A stretch of 64,000 bases of DNA from a virus: IMG/VR virus record IMGVR_UViG_2718218420_000001. The stretch is one strand, 5' to 3'. Positions 37,580-46,708 of this stretch are shown piece after piece. The stretch's first letter is position 1. Every line of letters begins with the position of its first letter. The notes beneath the pieces were generated by a model. That model ran no database searches, was not told the origin of the DNA, and saw only the letters and a list, made by a program, of their open reading frames with translations. The translations under genes were made by a program, and so were the position numbers.

Positions 37580-38653
37580 TTGTTTGCAAAGACCTATGGT
37601 GCGACGACCCTCGGGATAGATGGACGGATTATCGACGTTGAGGTGGATGTGTCGCCCGGGCTGCCGGGCTTTGAGCTGGTCGGTCTTCCCGATACGTCGG
37701 TAAAGGAGTCAAAGGAGCGGGTACGGACGGCGATTCGTAACTCCGGCATCCAGCTGCGGCAGGAACGGGTGACGGTGAATCTTGCACCTGCTGATGTGCG
37801 AAAGGACAGTTCAGGGCTTGATCTGCCGATCGCCGTCGGACTCCTTGCATCCTACGGTATGGTTCCAGAGGCGGCGGTGCAGAATGCGCTCTTCTCTGCG
37901 GAGCTTTCCCTCGATGGAAACTGTCGACCGATCAGCGGGATTCTCCCAATGGCAATCACGGCGCGGGAACATGGGTTGACAGAGTTTTACGTTGCTCCCT
38001 CCAATGCAGATGAGGCACTCCTGATTGACGGACTGAAGGTCTATGCGGTCGAGAATCTGGCGCAGCTTGTGCGTCATTTGACAGGGGCAGAAACACTGAC
38101 TCCCGCTGAGCCACAAGCAACAGAACAGAAAAAGGACGCTGCGTTTACCGATGACTTTGCGGACGTACAGGGGCAGTATCAGGCGAAACGTGCGCTTGAG
38201 ATTGCGGCAGCAGGAGGGCACAATGTCCTCATGGTTGGCGTTCCCGGCTCGGGCAAGACGATGCTGGCACGTCGGATGCCTTCGATTCTGCCGGAGCTGA
38301 CGAAGGAAGAAGCCATCGAGATCACGAAGATTTACAGCATCTCGGGGCTGCTCGGAAAGGATACAGGGCTTGTGACCACGCGCCCCTTCCGCAGTCCGCA
38401 TCATACGTCCTCGACGGTGGCGATGATCGGCGGCGGGAGCATTCCGCGTCCGGGCGAGGTGACGCTTGCCCATCACGGCGTGCTCTTTCTCGACGAGCTG
38501 CCGGAGTTCAGCAAGAAGACGCTTGAGGTGCTGCGTGAGCCAATCGAGGATCGTCAGATTACGGTGTCGCGTGCGAACGCAACACTGACCTTTCCCTCTA
38601 GTATCATTTTGGTAGCGGCAATGAACGACGTAACGTCAATAACGATACAATGA
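37580..38653 (+). pseudogene. comM: comM/yifB Mg-chelatase-like ATPase, 5' part, interrupted by prophage 2
   Basis: [30 protein letters not shown]; ends at ILVAAMN, followed by foreign sequence instead of PCPCG. Confidence 0.9.
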
Positions 38654-38686
38654 TAAAAACATGATATACGAGTAACTGTTATGTAG

Positions 38687-39298
38687 GTGGACGTAATGAG
38701 TCAACAAGAAAAGATGAAAAATGATTTCCTGAAAGAAGTGGAAGGGTATATTTTACAATTATTATACACACAGGATCTTATTTCTGTGCTCAAGGATATT
38801 AGAGACCTAGAGCATAAAATGGCTGCTGCACCTAATTTCACCTTAATTACAGAATGTGCTTTATCAGATAGCTATATGTTGGTGTTGATGAGACTGTACG
38901 ATAAATCAAAGAAAAGCAAAAACATATATTCGTTAATTGAAAAATGTAAGAAAAATAGTTTTCTATTTAAAAATAAAAAGGATGTTCTATCTAAGATTGA
39001 TGAATTTCAAGATGAACTTGAAAAGGACGAATTTATTTCTCATACGGTAAATGTTCTTAGAGAGCGTCGTGATACCATTTATGCACATAATGACAGTAAA
39101 TACTTTGGATATAAAATAGAAGAAGATAAGACATATTTGAAAACATTCCACATACAAATTCTAGTTGATTTTACAGAGAGAATATTAACATATATTTTTT
39201 CTCAGTTAAGTTCAGAGGTGATGAATAAAGTAAAATATGACAATGATTTAAAGAAAATATTCAAAAAACAGTCATCGAGTATAAATGATAAGGAATAA
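38687..39298 (+). CDS. HEPN (AbiU2-like) domain protein, putative anti-phage RNase
   Basis: LMRLYDKS...RDTIYAHND (Rx5H HEPN motif); very low GC. Confidence 0.65.
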   Translation: MDVMSQQEKMKNDFLKEVEGYILQLLYTQDLISVLKDIRDLEHKMAAAPNFTLITECALSDSYMLVLMRLYDKSKKSKNIYSLIEKCKKNSFLFKNKKDVLSKIDEFQDELEKDEFISHTVNVLRERRDTIYAHNDSKYFGYKIEEDKTYLKTFHIQILVDFTERILTYIFSQLSSEVMNKVKYDNDLKKIFKKQSSSINDKE

Positions 39299-39429
39299 AC
39301 AATGGCTCTGCTTTGCTAAAGACCTCGAATATGTCAAAAAAGAGGGGATGAGGTAATGAAAACTTAGATTTACTATTGACGATATAGAGGGGCTACAATC
39401 GATTTCTACGAATACTCAGATAGATAAAA

Positions 39430-39473
39430 AAATCCTCCTGTTGTGGTATAAAGCCACACTGGGAGGATTTTTC
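39430..39473. terminator. Bidirectional terminator-like hairpin
   Basis: AAAAAATCCTCC...GGAGGATTTTT between convergent genes. Confidence 0.55.
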
Positions 39474-39654
39474 ATATGGAAGAATTTAATGAAGATACTG
39501 TCCCACAATAAGGATTTAACGATTCCCTCTCATGGTGAAATAAAGAGTTTGATCGAAGCGTCTCTCGGGGGGGGTGAGTGTGTGAAAGACACTCTGTAAA
39601 AACTTCACACTCGAAGAAACATGTCTCTTCTCTTGAATAAAGCAATCCATTTTG

Positions 39655-40359
39655 CTATGCCATATGAACTGTCAATCTAGACTGGATGGCAGCGATGAAT
39701 TTGTCATAAGTCAAATCCTTATCAGGTTCAACTATTTCACCGCTTTTCGGATCTACTCCGACAATCCAAACAGCCTGATAAAGTCTTTCTGATAACAGTC
39801 TTTTACACAGTATTCTCAATCTCTCGAAATAGGATGCATGCAAAAACACTTTGTCTATTGGATAAACACTCTTATGTGGCTCTCCGCTTTTCTTAAGACT
39901 CTCATTACACATTTTGACTACAAGAACATAACCTATAACAGGCGGCTGTGTATTGAACGGAATGAGTGAATTCTTTACAGCATGATCCAAATCTATAGCA
40001 CTACCAAGTGACTCTTCTGATCGGTTATTAGCATTGTTTCCGAATGAGCTATTAATGCTTTTCAGCTCAACCGCTGCCAATAACTCGTCATCTCCAAAAG
40101 CCAACAGATCCCAATCTTTCGATGGCCTGAACCATCCTGGGAGCCGCAAGCATCCACCTTTATAGTAAACATCTTTATCCACAAAGCCACATGAAATAAG
40201 ATCCTGCCGAATTGCTTCTGCAATAGGATTCATATGTTTTCCACCTGTTACTTTGCTCCGTTCGCCCTGATCATGGACACCGCGTTCAGCTTGTCTCGTT
40301 TCAGCCTCATTCAGATTTCTGTACATTTGAAGAAGCGCATCTTTCACTTTCTGATTCAT
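39655..40359 (-). CDS. PaeR7I/XhoI-family type II restriction endonuclease
   Basis: DQGERSKVTGGKHM, LPGWFRPSKDWDLL, ELKS..SSFGNNANNRSEE. Confidence 0.85.
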   Translation of the reverse strand: MNQKVKDALLQMYRNLNEAETRQAERGVHDQGERSKVTGGKHMNPIAEAIRQDLISCGFVDKDVYYKGGCLRLPGWFRPSKDWDLLAFGDDELLAAVELKSINSSFGNNANNRSEESLGSAIDLDHAVKNSLIPFNTQPPVIGYVLVVKMCNESLKKSGEPHKSVYPIDKVFLHASYFERLRILCKRLLSERLYQAVWIVGVDPKSGEIVEPDKDLTYDKFIAAIQSRLTVHMA

Positions 40360-41954
40360 TATTTACCCTCCAAACCATATGCAACAAGGGCTGCACGGCT
40401 TGCCGCAGCTCTATCATTCGTTTCAAATGCAAGTTTTAACTCCTCGGCGGTTTCATCAGGAATATCCTTTGGATTCGGAACATGAATCAAACGAAGATAT
40501 TGCGCTTGGAAACGTTTTGTACCACCTCTCATCTTTACGCCCAATGCGTCAATAAAGGATTCGGCTATGTCACTCATTAATAAACCGCCGAGTACCTTTA
40601 TATCCCAATGATCCGATACCAGCCAGTAGCAATTGTGGCATGGATATCTTGTTCCATCACTATATACAGGGTCAGCACTCATAGCCATATCAGGGAATAA
40701 CAGCATTGGTGCTCCAAGGATCTGCCAGTTTATTTTGTCTATCGTCCTGTACCATGCTTTCTGGTTTTTCTTTGCTACATGCCTTCTTGTAATATCGGAT
40801 TTATGGGTTTCAAAATATAGTTTTAATCTTGGGAAGTCTGACAAATCAACTAATGAACCATCCTGATTCCATGGATTAACTAACCAATTTGAATCTGTGT
40901 TGCCGCGCCTTCTCCAATCTCTCATATTGAACATGGGCAGCATTCTCTCTTCTTCAACAAGATTTGGTGATTTTACGATATACACATCGTCTTTACCGGT
41001 GGCAAGACCAATACCAAGTTTTACCCCGGAATCCTCAAGAGATGGGAACTGGTTCATCAGGTTGAGAATGTTTTTAATCTTATTTGGCTCCGATAGCGGA
41101 ATCATAGCAGTTCCCTTTGGACTGTTAAGTTTCATTGCGGAGAAATTTGTACCCACATAATCACTATCTCCGCTTTGAAGCCACATCTTTAATTCCGGAG
41201 CATCATCACTGCTGAAGGCTTGCTTACAATCTGCATATTTGATTTTGCCCTCTAGTTTATCAATGCGGATAATTGAAGGATACGCCGAAACCTCGGTTTC
41301 AAAAGCATCTATCCCATGCATTCTGACAATAGTATCCAGATGATATTTCTTAGAAATCAAACCTCTTAATTTTTTTCCATACTGATTCTGCATCCATCTA
41401 TCCGCACAAATGAAGCCAAGGACTCCATTTTTGTCCTTAAGTGACTTTATTCCCTTTTCAATAAAGCCGACGAATATATCGCACCCTTTTGTCATCGTTG
41501 ATAGCTGATAGCAGTATTTTTCTCTTGCTTCTGCAGGTATATCGGTCGCTCTTAGATATGGCGGGTTTCCTATCACATAATCGCAAGGAACTGTATCTGC
41601 TAAAAGATAATCTCCATGTATTACCCACATGCTTGAAAGTTTTTCAGCTTCTTCATGGTTCATCCCGTTCAAAATAAGAATCTCTTTGGCAATCGAATGC
41701 GAAATGGTGACGGAGTTTTCGTCTAACTCATAGCAGACAACGCAATTTTGCAGTGTATTAGCATTAAATTTACCATCTCTTTTGGCAGATTCAATCAGTC
41801 TCTCTACAATCTCTCTAACAAAAGAACCATGACCACAAGAAGGCTCAACCACAACGTTTTTCCAAAGAGGAAGATCAGACGTGTAGCCTGCAATATCCAA
41901 GACAAGTTTTACTACCCATTTTTTTGTATATATTACTCCGTTATTACCAGCCAT
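40359..41954 (-). CDS. N6-adenine DNA methyltransferase (M.PaeR7I/TaqI-like)
   Basis: EPSCGHGSF, GNPPY, FICADRWMQNQYG, MRGGTKRFQAQYLR. Confidence 0.9.
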   Translation of the reverse strand: MAGNNGVIYTKKWVVKLVLDIAGYTSDLPLWKNVVVEPSCGHGSFVREIVERLIESAKRDGKFNANTLQNCVVCYELDENSVTISHSIAKEILILNGMNHEEAEKLSSMWVIHGDYLLADTVPCDYVIGNPPYLRATDIPAEAREKYCYQLSTMTKGCDIFVGFIEKGIKSLKDKNGVLGFICADRWMQNQYGKKLRGLISKKYHLDTIVRMHGIDAFETEVSAYPSIIRIDKLEGKIKYADCKQAFSSDDAPELKMWLQSGDSDYVGTNFSAMKLNSPKGTAMIPLSEPNKIKNILNLMNQFPSLEDSGVKLGIGLATGKDDVYIVKSPNLVEEERMLPMFNMRDWRRRGNTDSNWLVNPWNQDGSLVDLSDFPRLKLYFETHKSDITRRHVAKKNQKAWYRTIDKINWQILGAPMLLFPDMAMSADPVYSDGTRYPCHNCYWLVSDHWDIKVLGGLLMSDIAESFIDALGVKMRGGTKRFQAQYLRLIHVPNPKDIPDETAEELKLAFETNDRAAASRAALVAYGLEGK

Positions 41955-42057
41955 CGTAACTCCTACTTTCAGGTAAACTAATGTGTTAGCTGAGCAAACC
42001 TAATGGGGTGGGGGAGAGACAAGACTTGACGCAGTCAGTAAAAATGTGCTTTCCATG

Positions 42058-42211
42058 CGTATATATTCTAACTGACCTTCATGGAAAGCATCTGTTCAAT
42101 CATCTCATGCACCGACCGACTATTGCTGTGACCTTTGCCAGCTGCTTATCCTTACGGCATAGATATTGGATGGAGGGCGTGTTCATATCGAGGGGGGATC
42201 GAATCCTGCAT
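42058..42211 (-). pseudogene. Remnant of an AlkA-like DNA-3-methyladenine glycosylase gene
   Basis: Reverse strand gives LDMNTPSIQYLCRKDKQLAKVTAIVG and VHEMIEQMLSMKVS*NIY, with frameshifts and an internal deletion. Confidence 0.55.
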
Positions 42212-42215
42212 GAGC

Positions 42216-42419
42216 TTACTCCTTCACGGACTCCATAATATCTTCAATATTGCAGTCGAGAGCCACGCATATCTTCAGCAGGATGTCAGTGGTGATATTC
42301 TCGCCCTTGCCCAGCTTGGCGATGGAGGCGGGGCTGATGCCCGTTATGCGCCTGAGATCCTGCCGATTCATGCCTTTGTCGATCAGGAGCTTCCACAGCC
42401 TGTTATAAGTTATTCGCAT
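42216..42419 (-). CDS. XRE/Cro-C1 HTH regulator
   Basis: YNRLWKLLIDKGM...GISPASIAKLGKGE...LLKICVALDCNIEDIME. Confidence 0.9.
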   Translation of the reverse strand: MRITYNRLWKLLIDKGMNRQDLRRITGISPASIAKLGKGENITTDILLKICVALDCNIEDIMESVKE

Positions 42420-42431
42420 ATCCGTCTCCGC

Positions 42432-44249
42432 TTACTCTACGCCATGCAGAAAACCGGGACGGCCTTCCGTCAGCCCCTTGGTGAAGGTGATGACATTGGC
42501 ACCTGCTGCCTCGTAGTCCAAATCCGGCAGATTCTTGGAGTTCTCAATGATAATCAGCTGTCCCTCTTCTTGGTGGTTCATGAAATAGCGGAAGAGTCCG
42601 GAACACATACTTTCCGGCGCAGAATCCGCTACGCCTTGGTCAAGACCAAGAAGGGGCGTGTCAATGATGAGGAAGCCCGGATAATATTTTCCATGGTGAG
42701 CAAGATAGTGTCGGAAGGTAAGTGCAGTTACGCTGTTGACAAAGGACGTATATCCCTGCCCTTCATGGGTAGATTTTTTATGCCCATCAATCTCTATGTC
42801 AAAATCGGAGATGTTGAAATTGGCAGAAGTAGGTTCTGGCGAATAGCTGCATTCACGGAGGATTTCCATGTAATATTGGTTGATGAGCCTTTTGAAATCA
42901 TCGTCAAAATGCTCTCTGGGATGATATTGCCGCACATTTTCTGTTTCGACCGGAGGATTCCGTAAATCTTTCTCCCAGACGGCTGCAAAATCATCGATCA
43001 CGCTCATCTCACGTTTTAACTGCAGGAAACTTTTGTAGACTGCGAGGGATTTACGCATTTCCTCTGCCTTAGGGCGAAGTTCCTGCTGAATGAGGTTTTC
43101 GATGCTGTCCTTCTCGGCATCAAGTTTCGCCATTTCCACCGACATCCAGTTCATTTCCTCGGCGAGCGACTGTTCTGCTTTCGTCAAATCATTCATCTGA
43201 GCCAGTATGCGGGACAGTTCTCCACGGGCAGACTCGATGTAGGTTTCATCATCCTTGGGCGTGAAATGACTCTCGCAAAAGGGGCAGACGTTGTTCTTAT
43301 CGTGAACACTCCGGCTCATCTCGCCGTCAGCAATGAAGGTCAGCCGTTTAATGTCGGCTGTGTACTGACTTTTGAGGGTGGCGTACCGAGACTTCATCAG
43401 CTCCGCCTCGGTAACTTTCTCCTGCAGGTCACTCATTTCCTGCACCAGATCCTGCCGGCGGGAGAGTGCTGCAGAGATTGCAGATTCCGTCTGCTCAATC
43501 CCTGCAATAAGGGAAGTCATCTGCTGCTCCACATCAATGCCCTGAAATGCCGTCATCTGTTTTTGCAGTACCTTCTTTTTCTCGGCGACGTTGCTGATTT
43601 GCCTGTTCACATATCTTGTAACGGCATTTTGCTCTGCAATGCGGATTTCCTTTTTGGTCTGCTCATCCTGCTCGGGAAAATTGAAGCCGGTCATCAGAAA
43701 CAGCAGGGAGGAAAAGAAGACGGTCTTTTGAATACTTTCCTTCGGCTCCAACACGGATTTCACATTGCCAATGTCATTGTTGAGGAAGATCAGCATATGG
43801 AGGAAGGTTCGGAGTGTCAGCGGCGCCCGCTTGAAATCGATGTTCTTGATCACCATGCAGGGGGTGGGAATCCCCATCACGTTCAGGAGCAGATCACTCA
43901 GCACCGGTAAAGCGGTGGTTTTACTCTGACTGTGGTTCAGATTGTATTTGCCACTGTACACACCCGGGATGTCGGTCTTAACGTCCACTTGATTTTTGCC
44001 AAAATTGCGTGTGATGCCGATCGTTCCTGCGGCCGCCTGCACCAGAAGTTCCACTTGGTCGTAACCCAAGGGCTCGTCTATGGGAGGTTCGCCCATTTTG
44101 CCAAGCGCAAAATCAATGCACCGAGCAATGGCGGTCTTCCCAGTATTTGATCGCCCGCAGATGATATTCAGACCGGGGGTGAAATCCACGAAAGAGTCGC
44201 ACTTGCCTATGCCTCTTGCCGTGACACGGCTAAAATATATTCCGGCCAT
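42432..44249 (-). CDS. SMC/Rad50-like ABC ATPase of an ABC-three-component (Lamassu LmuB-like) system
   Basis: Walker A GRSNTGKT, coiled coil with CPFC hook, degenerate signature EGQGY, Walker B LIIDTP. Confidence 0.85.
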   Translation of the reverse strand: MAGIYFSRVTARGIGKCDSFVDFTPGLNIICGRSNTGKTAIARCIDFALGKMGEPPIDEPLGYDQVELLVQAAAGTIGITRNFGKNQVDVKTDIPGVYSGKYNLNHSQSKTTALPVLSDLLLNVMGIPTPCMVIKNIDFKRAPLTLRTFLHMLIFLNNDIGNVKSVLEPKESIQKTVFFSSLLFLMTGFNFPEQDEQTKKEIRIAEQNAVTRYVNRQISNVAEKKKVLQKQMTAFQGIDVEQQMTSLIAGIEQTESAISAALSRRQDLVQEMSDLQEKVTEAELMKSRYATLKSQYTADIKRLTFIADGEMSRSVHDKNNVCPFCESHFTPKDDETYIESARGELSRILAQMNDLTKAEQSLAEEMNWMSVEMAKLDAEKDSIENLIQQELRPKAEEMRKSLAVYKSFLQLKREMSVIDDFAAVWEKDLRNPPVETENVRQYHPREHFDDDFKRLINQYYMEILRECSYSPEPTSANFNISDFDIEIDGHKKSTHEGQGYTSFVNSVTALTFRHYLAHHGKYYPGFLIIDTPLLGLDQGVADSAPESMCSGLFRYFMNHQEEGQLIIIENSKNLPDLDYEAAGANVITFTKGLTEGRPGFLHGVE

Positions 44250-44253
44250 CCAT

Positions 44254-44703
44254 TTATCTCCTCTTTAGCGCGTCCATCGCCTGTCGCGTAATCTTTGAAA
44301 GCAAAGACGCATCGGATGTTTTTCCAAGCATCCGGTGTGTCTTTTTTACTGTCTCCATATATGCTGCAGCGTATTCGGACTGCATGGATTTCACGAACTC
44401 ACGGCCGCGCTCATTCAGTCCGAACAAGAATCCTCTGGGGGAATGCTCTACGGCAGCAAAGCCGTCCAGCAGGAGGGATTTCAATGCGCCGTTCAATTGC
44501 TCCCGTTTGGCGGAGAATTCGCTGAAGCTGAACTGGTTTTCGCCATGCAGGTTTTGTTCTGCCATACCGAAATCCCGTCCATAGACTGTCATAAGGTCAT
44601 ACGCCGCGATGCGGTCAATGGTTATGGAACGGGGCTTTACGGCAGAGAGGATGAGCAAAATGCGAAGTGACACCTCAAAGGACGTATTGAACAGTTTAGG
44701 CAT
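44254..44703 (-). CDS. ABC-three-component middle component (LmuC-like)
   Basis: LFNTSFEVSLRILLIL...DLMTVYGRDFG...NLHG. Confidence 0.8.
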   Translation of the reverse strand: MPKLFNTSFEVSLRILLILSAVKPRSITIDRIAAYDLMTVYGRDFGMAEQNLHGENQFSFSEFSAKREQLNGALKSLLLDGFAAVEHSPRGFLFGLNERGREFVKSMQSEYAAAYMETVKKTHRMLGKTSDASLLSKITRQAMDALKRR

Positions 44704-45709
44704 CGGTGTTCACCCACGATTTGATTCGCGCATCGTCCACCAAGATATGACAGATGCCCTTTCGGGTTTTGTTTGTGATAAAACCCTTGATATTGACGAG
44801 GTTCGACTTGGCAAGTTCCGTACTGGTGATTTTCTTCAATACTTCCTGCAGTCGGTCATAGCCTGTCTCATGATTCTCGTCGAAATACACCATTTCGATG
44901 CCGTCATAGGCATCGTCCTTCAGTGCATCAAATTGCCGCTCTCCATCCACAAAGGCATCCCGCACGCTGCGTTCGATGCTTTTTGCATCGAAATATGCCT
45001 GCCGCTGCAGCTCTAAATGCCGTTGCAGTTTTTCCGGCAATTCGCCTGTGGTCTTGGGCGTGACTTCCTTTGCGAGCCGCTCCGTATATACCTCGCAGAG
45101 CGCATGGATATACGGGAGCGTGGCTTCGTTGATATTCTTGTAGGGTTTCAGGGCGACAGACAGTTTAATGACATCGCCGTCGGGAAGATAGACCGCTCCA
45201 TCCACAAAGCGGGCGGGTTGAATCGGCACAGGAGGAACAGCTTCGCCGACTTCGTTCCTTCCCTCAAAGAGATCAATTTGGGCGCCGGGGAGTTTTTGCA
45301 GTTCCGCTTTGATGATGCTGCAGAAAATCTCGGCGCACGTCTCGTCCACATTGTCTGTGGTGCAATCTACCCTGTATTGAGAGAGGTCGGTGCACAGATT
45401 TTTGCGGGCATCGAAGGGGATATCTGCGGCTGCTTCCAAGAAGCGGCTCTTGTCAAGATTGGCATGAACCGCCCGCAGGACAGATTCCGGGATGTCTCTC
45501 TTTCCCTTGTACATTTTGTAGGCGGCACTTTTCTCAGATTCCTTGCCGAAAGGGTAGTACTTGTCATCATCGTCCAGACCAACCTCGCGAGAAGAGATCG
45601 GTTCCTTCATAAAGAGGGCAAAGAAGTAGGCGCAGAAACTCGGTATCGATTTGTTCTCCGCACCAACGTACTTTCTCATGATCTGTAAAAACAGACTGAT
45701 GGTTAACAC
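44696..45709 (-). CDS. ABC-three-component effector-position protein (LmuA-like C-terminal domain) with non-catalytic N-terminus
   Basis: C-terminal QRQAYFDA...KGICHILVDD..IKSWV; GTG start at 45709 with SD GGGGGAG. Confidence 0.75.
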   Translation of the reverse strand: MLTISLFLQIMRKYVGAENKSIPSFCAYFFALFMKEPISSREVGLDDDDKYYPFGKESEKSAAYKMYKGKRDIPESVLRAVHANLDKSRFLEAAADIPFDARKNLCTDLSQYRVDCTTDNVDETCAEIFCSIIKAELQKLPGAQIDLFEGRNEVGEAVPPVPIQPARFVDGAVYLPDGDVIKLSVALKPYKNINEATLPYIHALCEVYTERLAKEVTPKTTGELPEKLQRHLELQRQAYFDAKSIERSVRDAFVDGERQFDALKDDAYDGIEMVYFDENHETGYDRLQEVLKKITSTELAKSNLVNIKGFITNKTRKGICHILVDDARIKSWVNTDA

Positions 45710-45894
45710 AAAACTCCCCCTTCGCGAAAAGTGGACAGAGTCTGTCCGCTCCCGTCCATCGGAGTCCAATTTTTGAGGGAGCGGATTTGGTATGCTTTAC
45801 CCGGATGGTGAGAGAACATCATCGCACATAAAACACAGTTTCTATTATATCAGCAGTAAGGGGGAAAAATCTACATTTTTGTTAATGGAATTTA

Positions 45895-45914
45895 TGTGAA
45901 TGTGAACATTCACA
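45895..45914. promoter_or_regulatory. Palindrome TGTGAATGT-GA-ACATTCACA (putative operator)
   Basis: Perfect 9-bp arms in the divergent control region. Confidence 0.55.
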
Positions 45915-45948
45915 AGCCGTAATCGTAAATCTTGTAAATTTCTCAATG

Positions 45949-46118
45949 CCTTGAGATGGCCATTAGGGGCGGCGGGAACGCACGAAGAGACGAACTGCAC
46001 GAGCAGTATTGGCACTTCGGTGTTTCCACCGTGACTTTTTGCGCCCATTTTCAGGCGAAAGAGGCCGGTGTACATCGCGTGCATCGGCCTTTTGTGTTCC
46101 TGCCGCCCGCATCCAAGG
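45949..46118 (+). ncRNA. Candidate structured 5' leader RNA of the sigma-like gene
   Basis: 15-bp helix 45967-45981/46094-46108 with G-U pairs, basal helix 45949/46118, internal hairpins including a UUCG loop. Confidence 0.5.
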
Positions 46119-46134
46119 CGGAAAGGACACGACC

Positions 46135-46629
46135 ATGAAAATCACTCTGTATTACGAAGACAAGCTCCATCCGACTGTTTTGGAAGTTCCCGAGGAGGAA
46201 TGCACCGTCATGGTGGAGACGGACTATCGGCAGCGTCTGGATGAAGCCGAGGACAAGAACGCAGTTCAGCGGCGCACGGCACAGGAGATTTTGGATGCCG
46301 AGGTCAATGCTCCAACCTTCCGAAGGAATCGCACCGAGACGCGCCGTCATGTCCACTTGTCTGCCGATGATCTTGACCGCCGGAGGGCGGATGCCATGCC
46401 CGATGTGTCGACGGCTTTGCTCGGCGCGGATTATTCGGAGCTTCATCACGCCATTGCGCAGCTTCGTCCGCAGCAACGGGAGCTTCTGCGGCGTGTGTTC
46501 TGGGAAGGCGTGCGCCAGTCGGAGATTGCGCGTCAGGAGGGCGTATTGGAAAGCACCATATCGGAGCGGATGCGGCGCATCTATCAGCGGCTCAGGAAAT
46601 TCTTGCCCGACAAGAAAAATTTTCTCTAA
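46135..46629 (+). CDS. Phage sigma-70 region 4 domain protein
   Basis: LHHAIAQLRPQQRELLRRVFWEGVRQSEIARQEGV..STIS.R..RIYQRL. Confidence 0.85.
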   Translation: MKITLYYEDKLHPTVLEVPEEECTVMVETDYRQRLDEAEDKNAVQRRTAQEILDAEVNAPTFRRNRTETRRHVHLSADDLDRRRADAMPDVSTALLGADYSELHHAIAQLRPQQRELLRRVFWEGVRQSEIARQEGVLESTISERMRRIYQRLRKFLPDKKNFL

Positions 46630-46708
46630 AAACCATGAAGTTTTGCATTTTCCGTGGCTCTTAGGTGAAGGGCAACATCAAACCGCCCTTCGGAAAGGAT
46701 GAATCACG

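Noticed and set aside
39300..39650. Possible small gene or RNA between the HEPN gene and the restriction endonuclease
   Set aside because: Only short broken ORFs, a terminator hairpin and a weak GAGTGTG/CACACTC repeat; not enough support.
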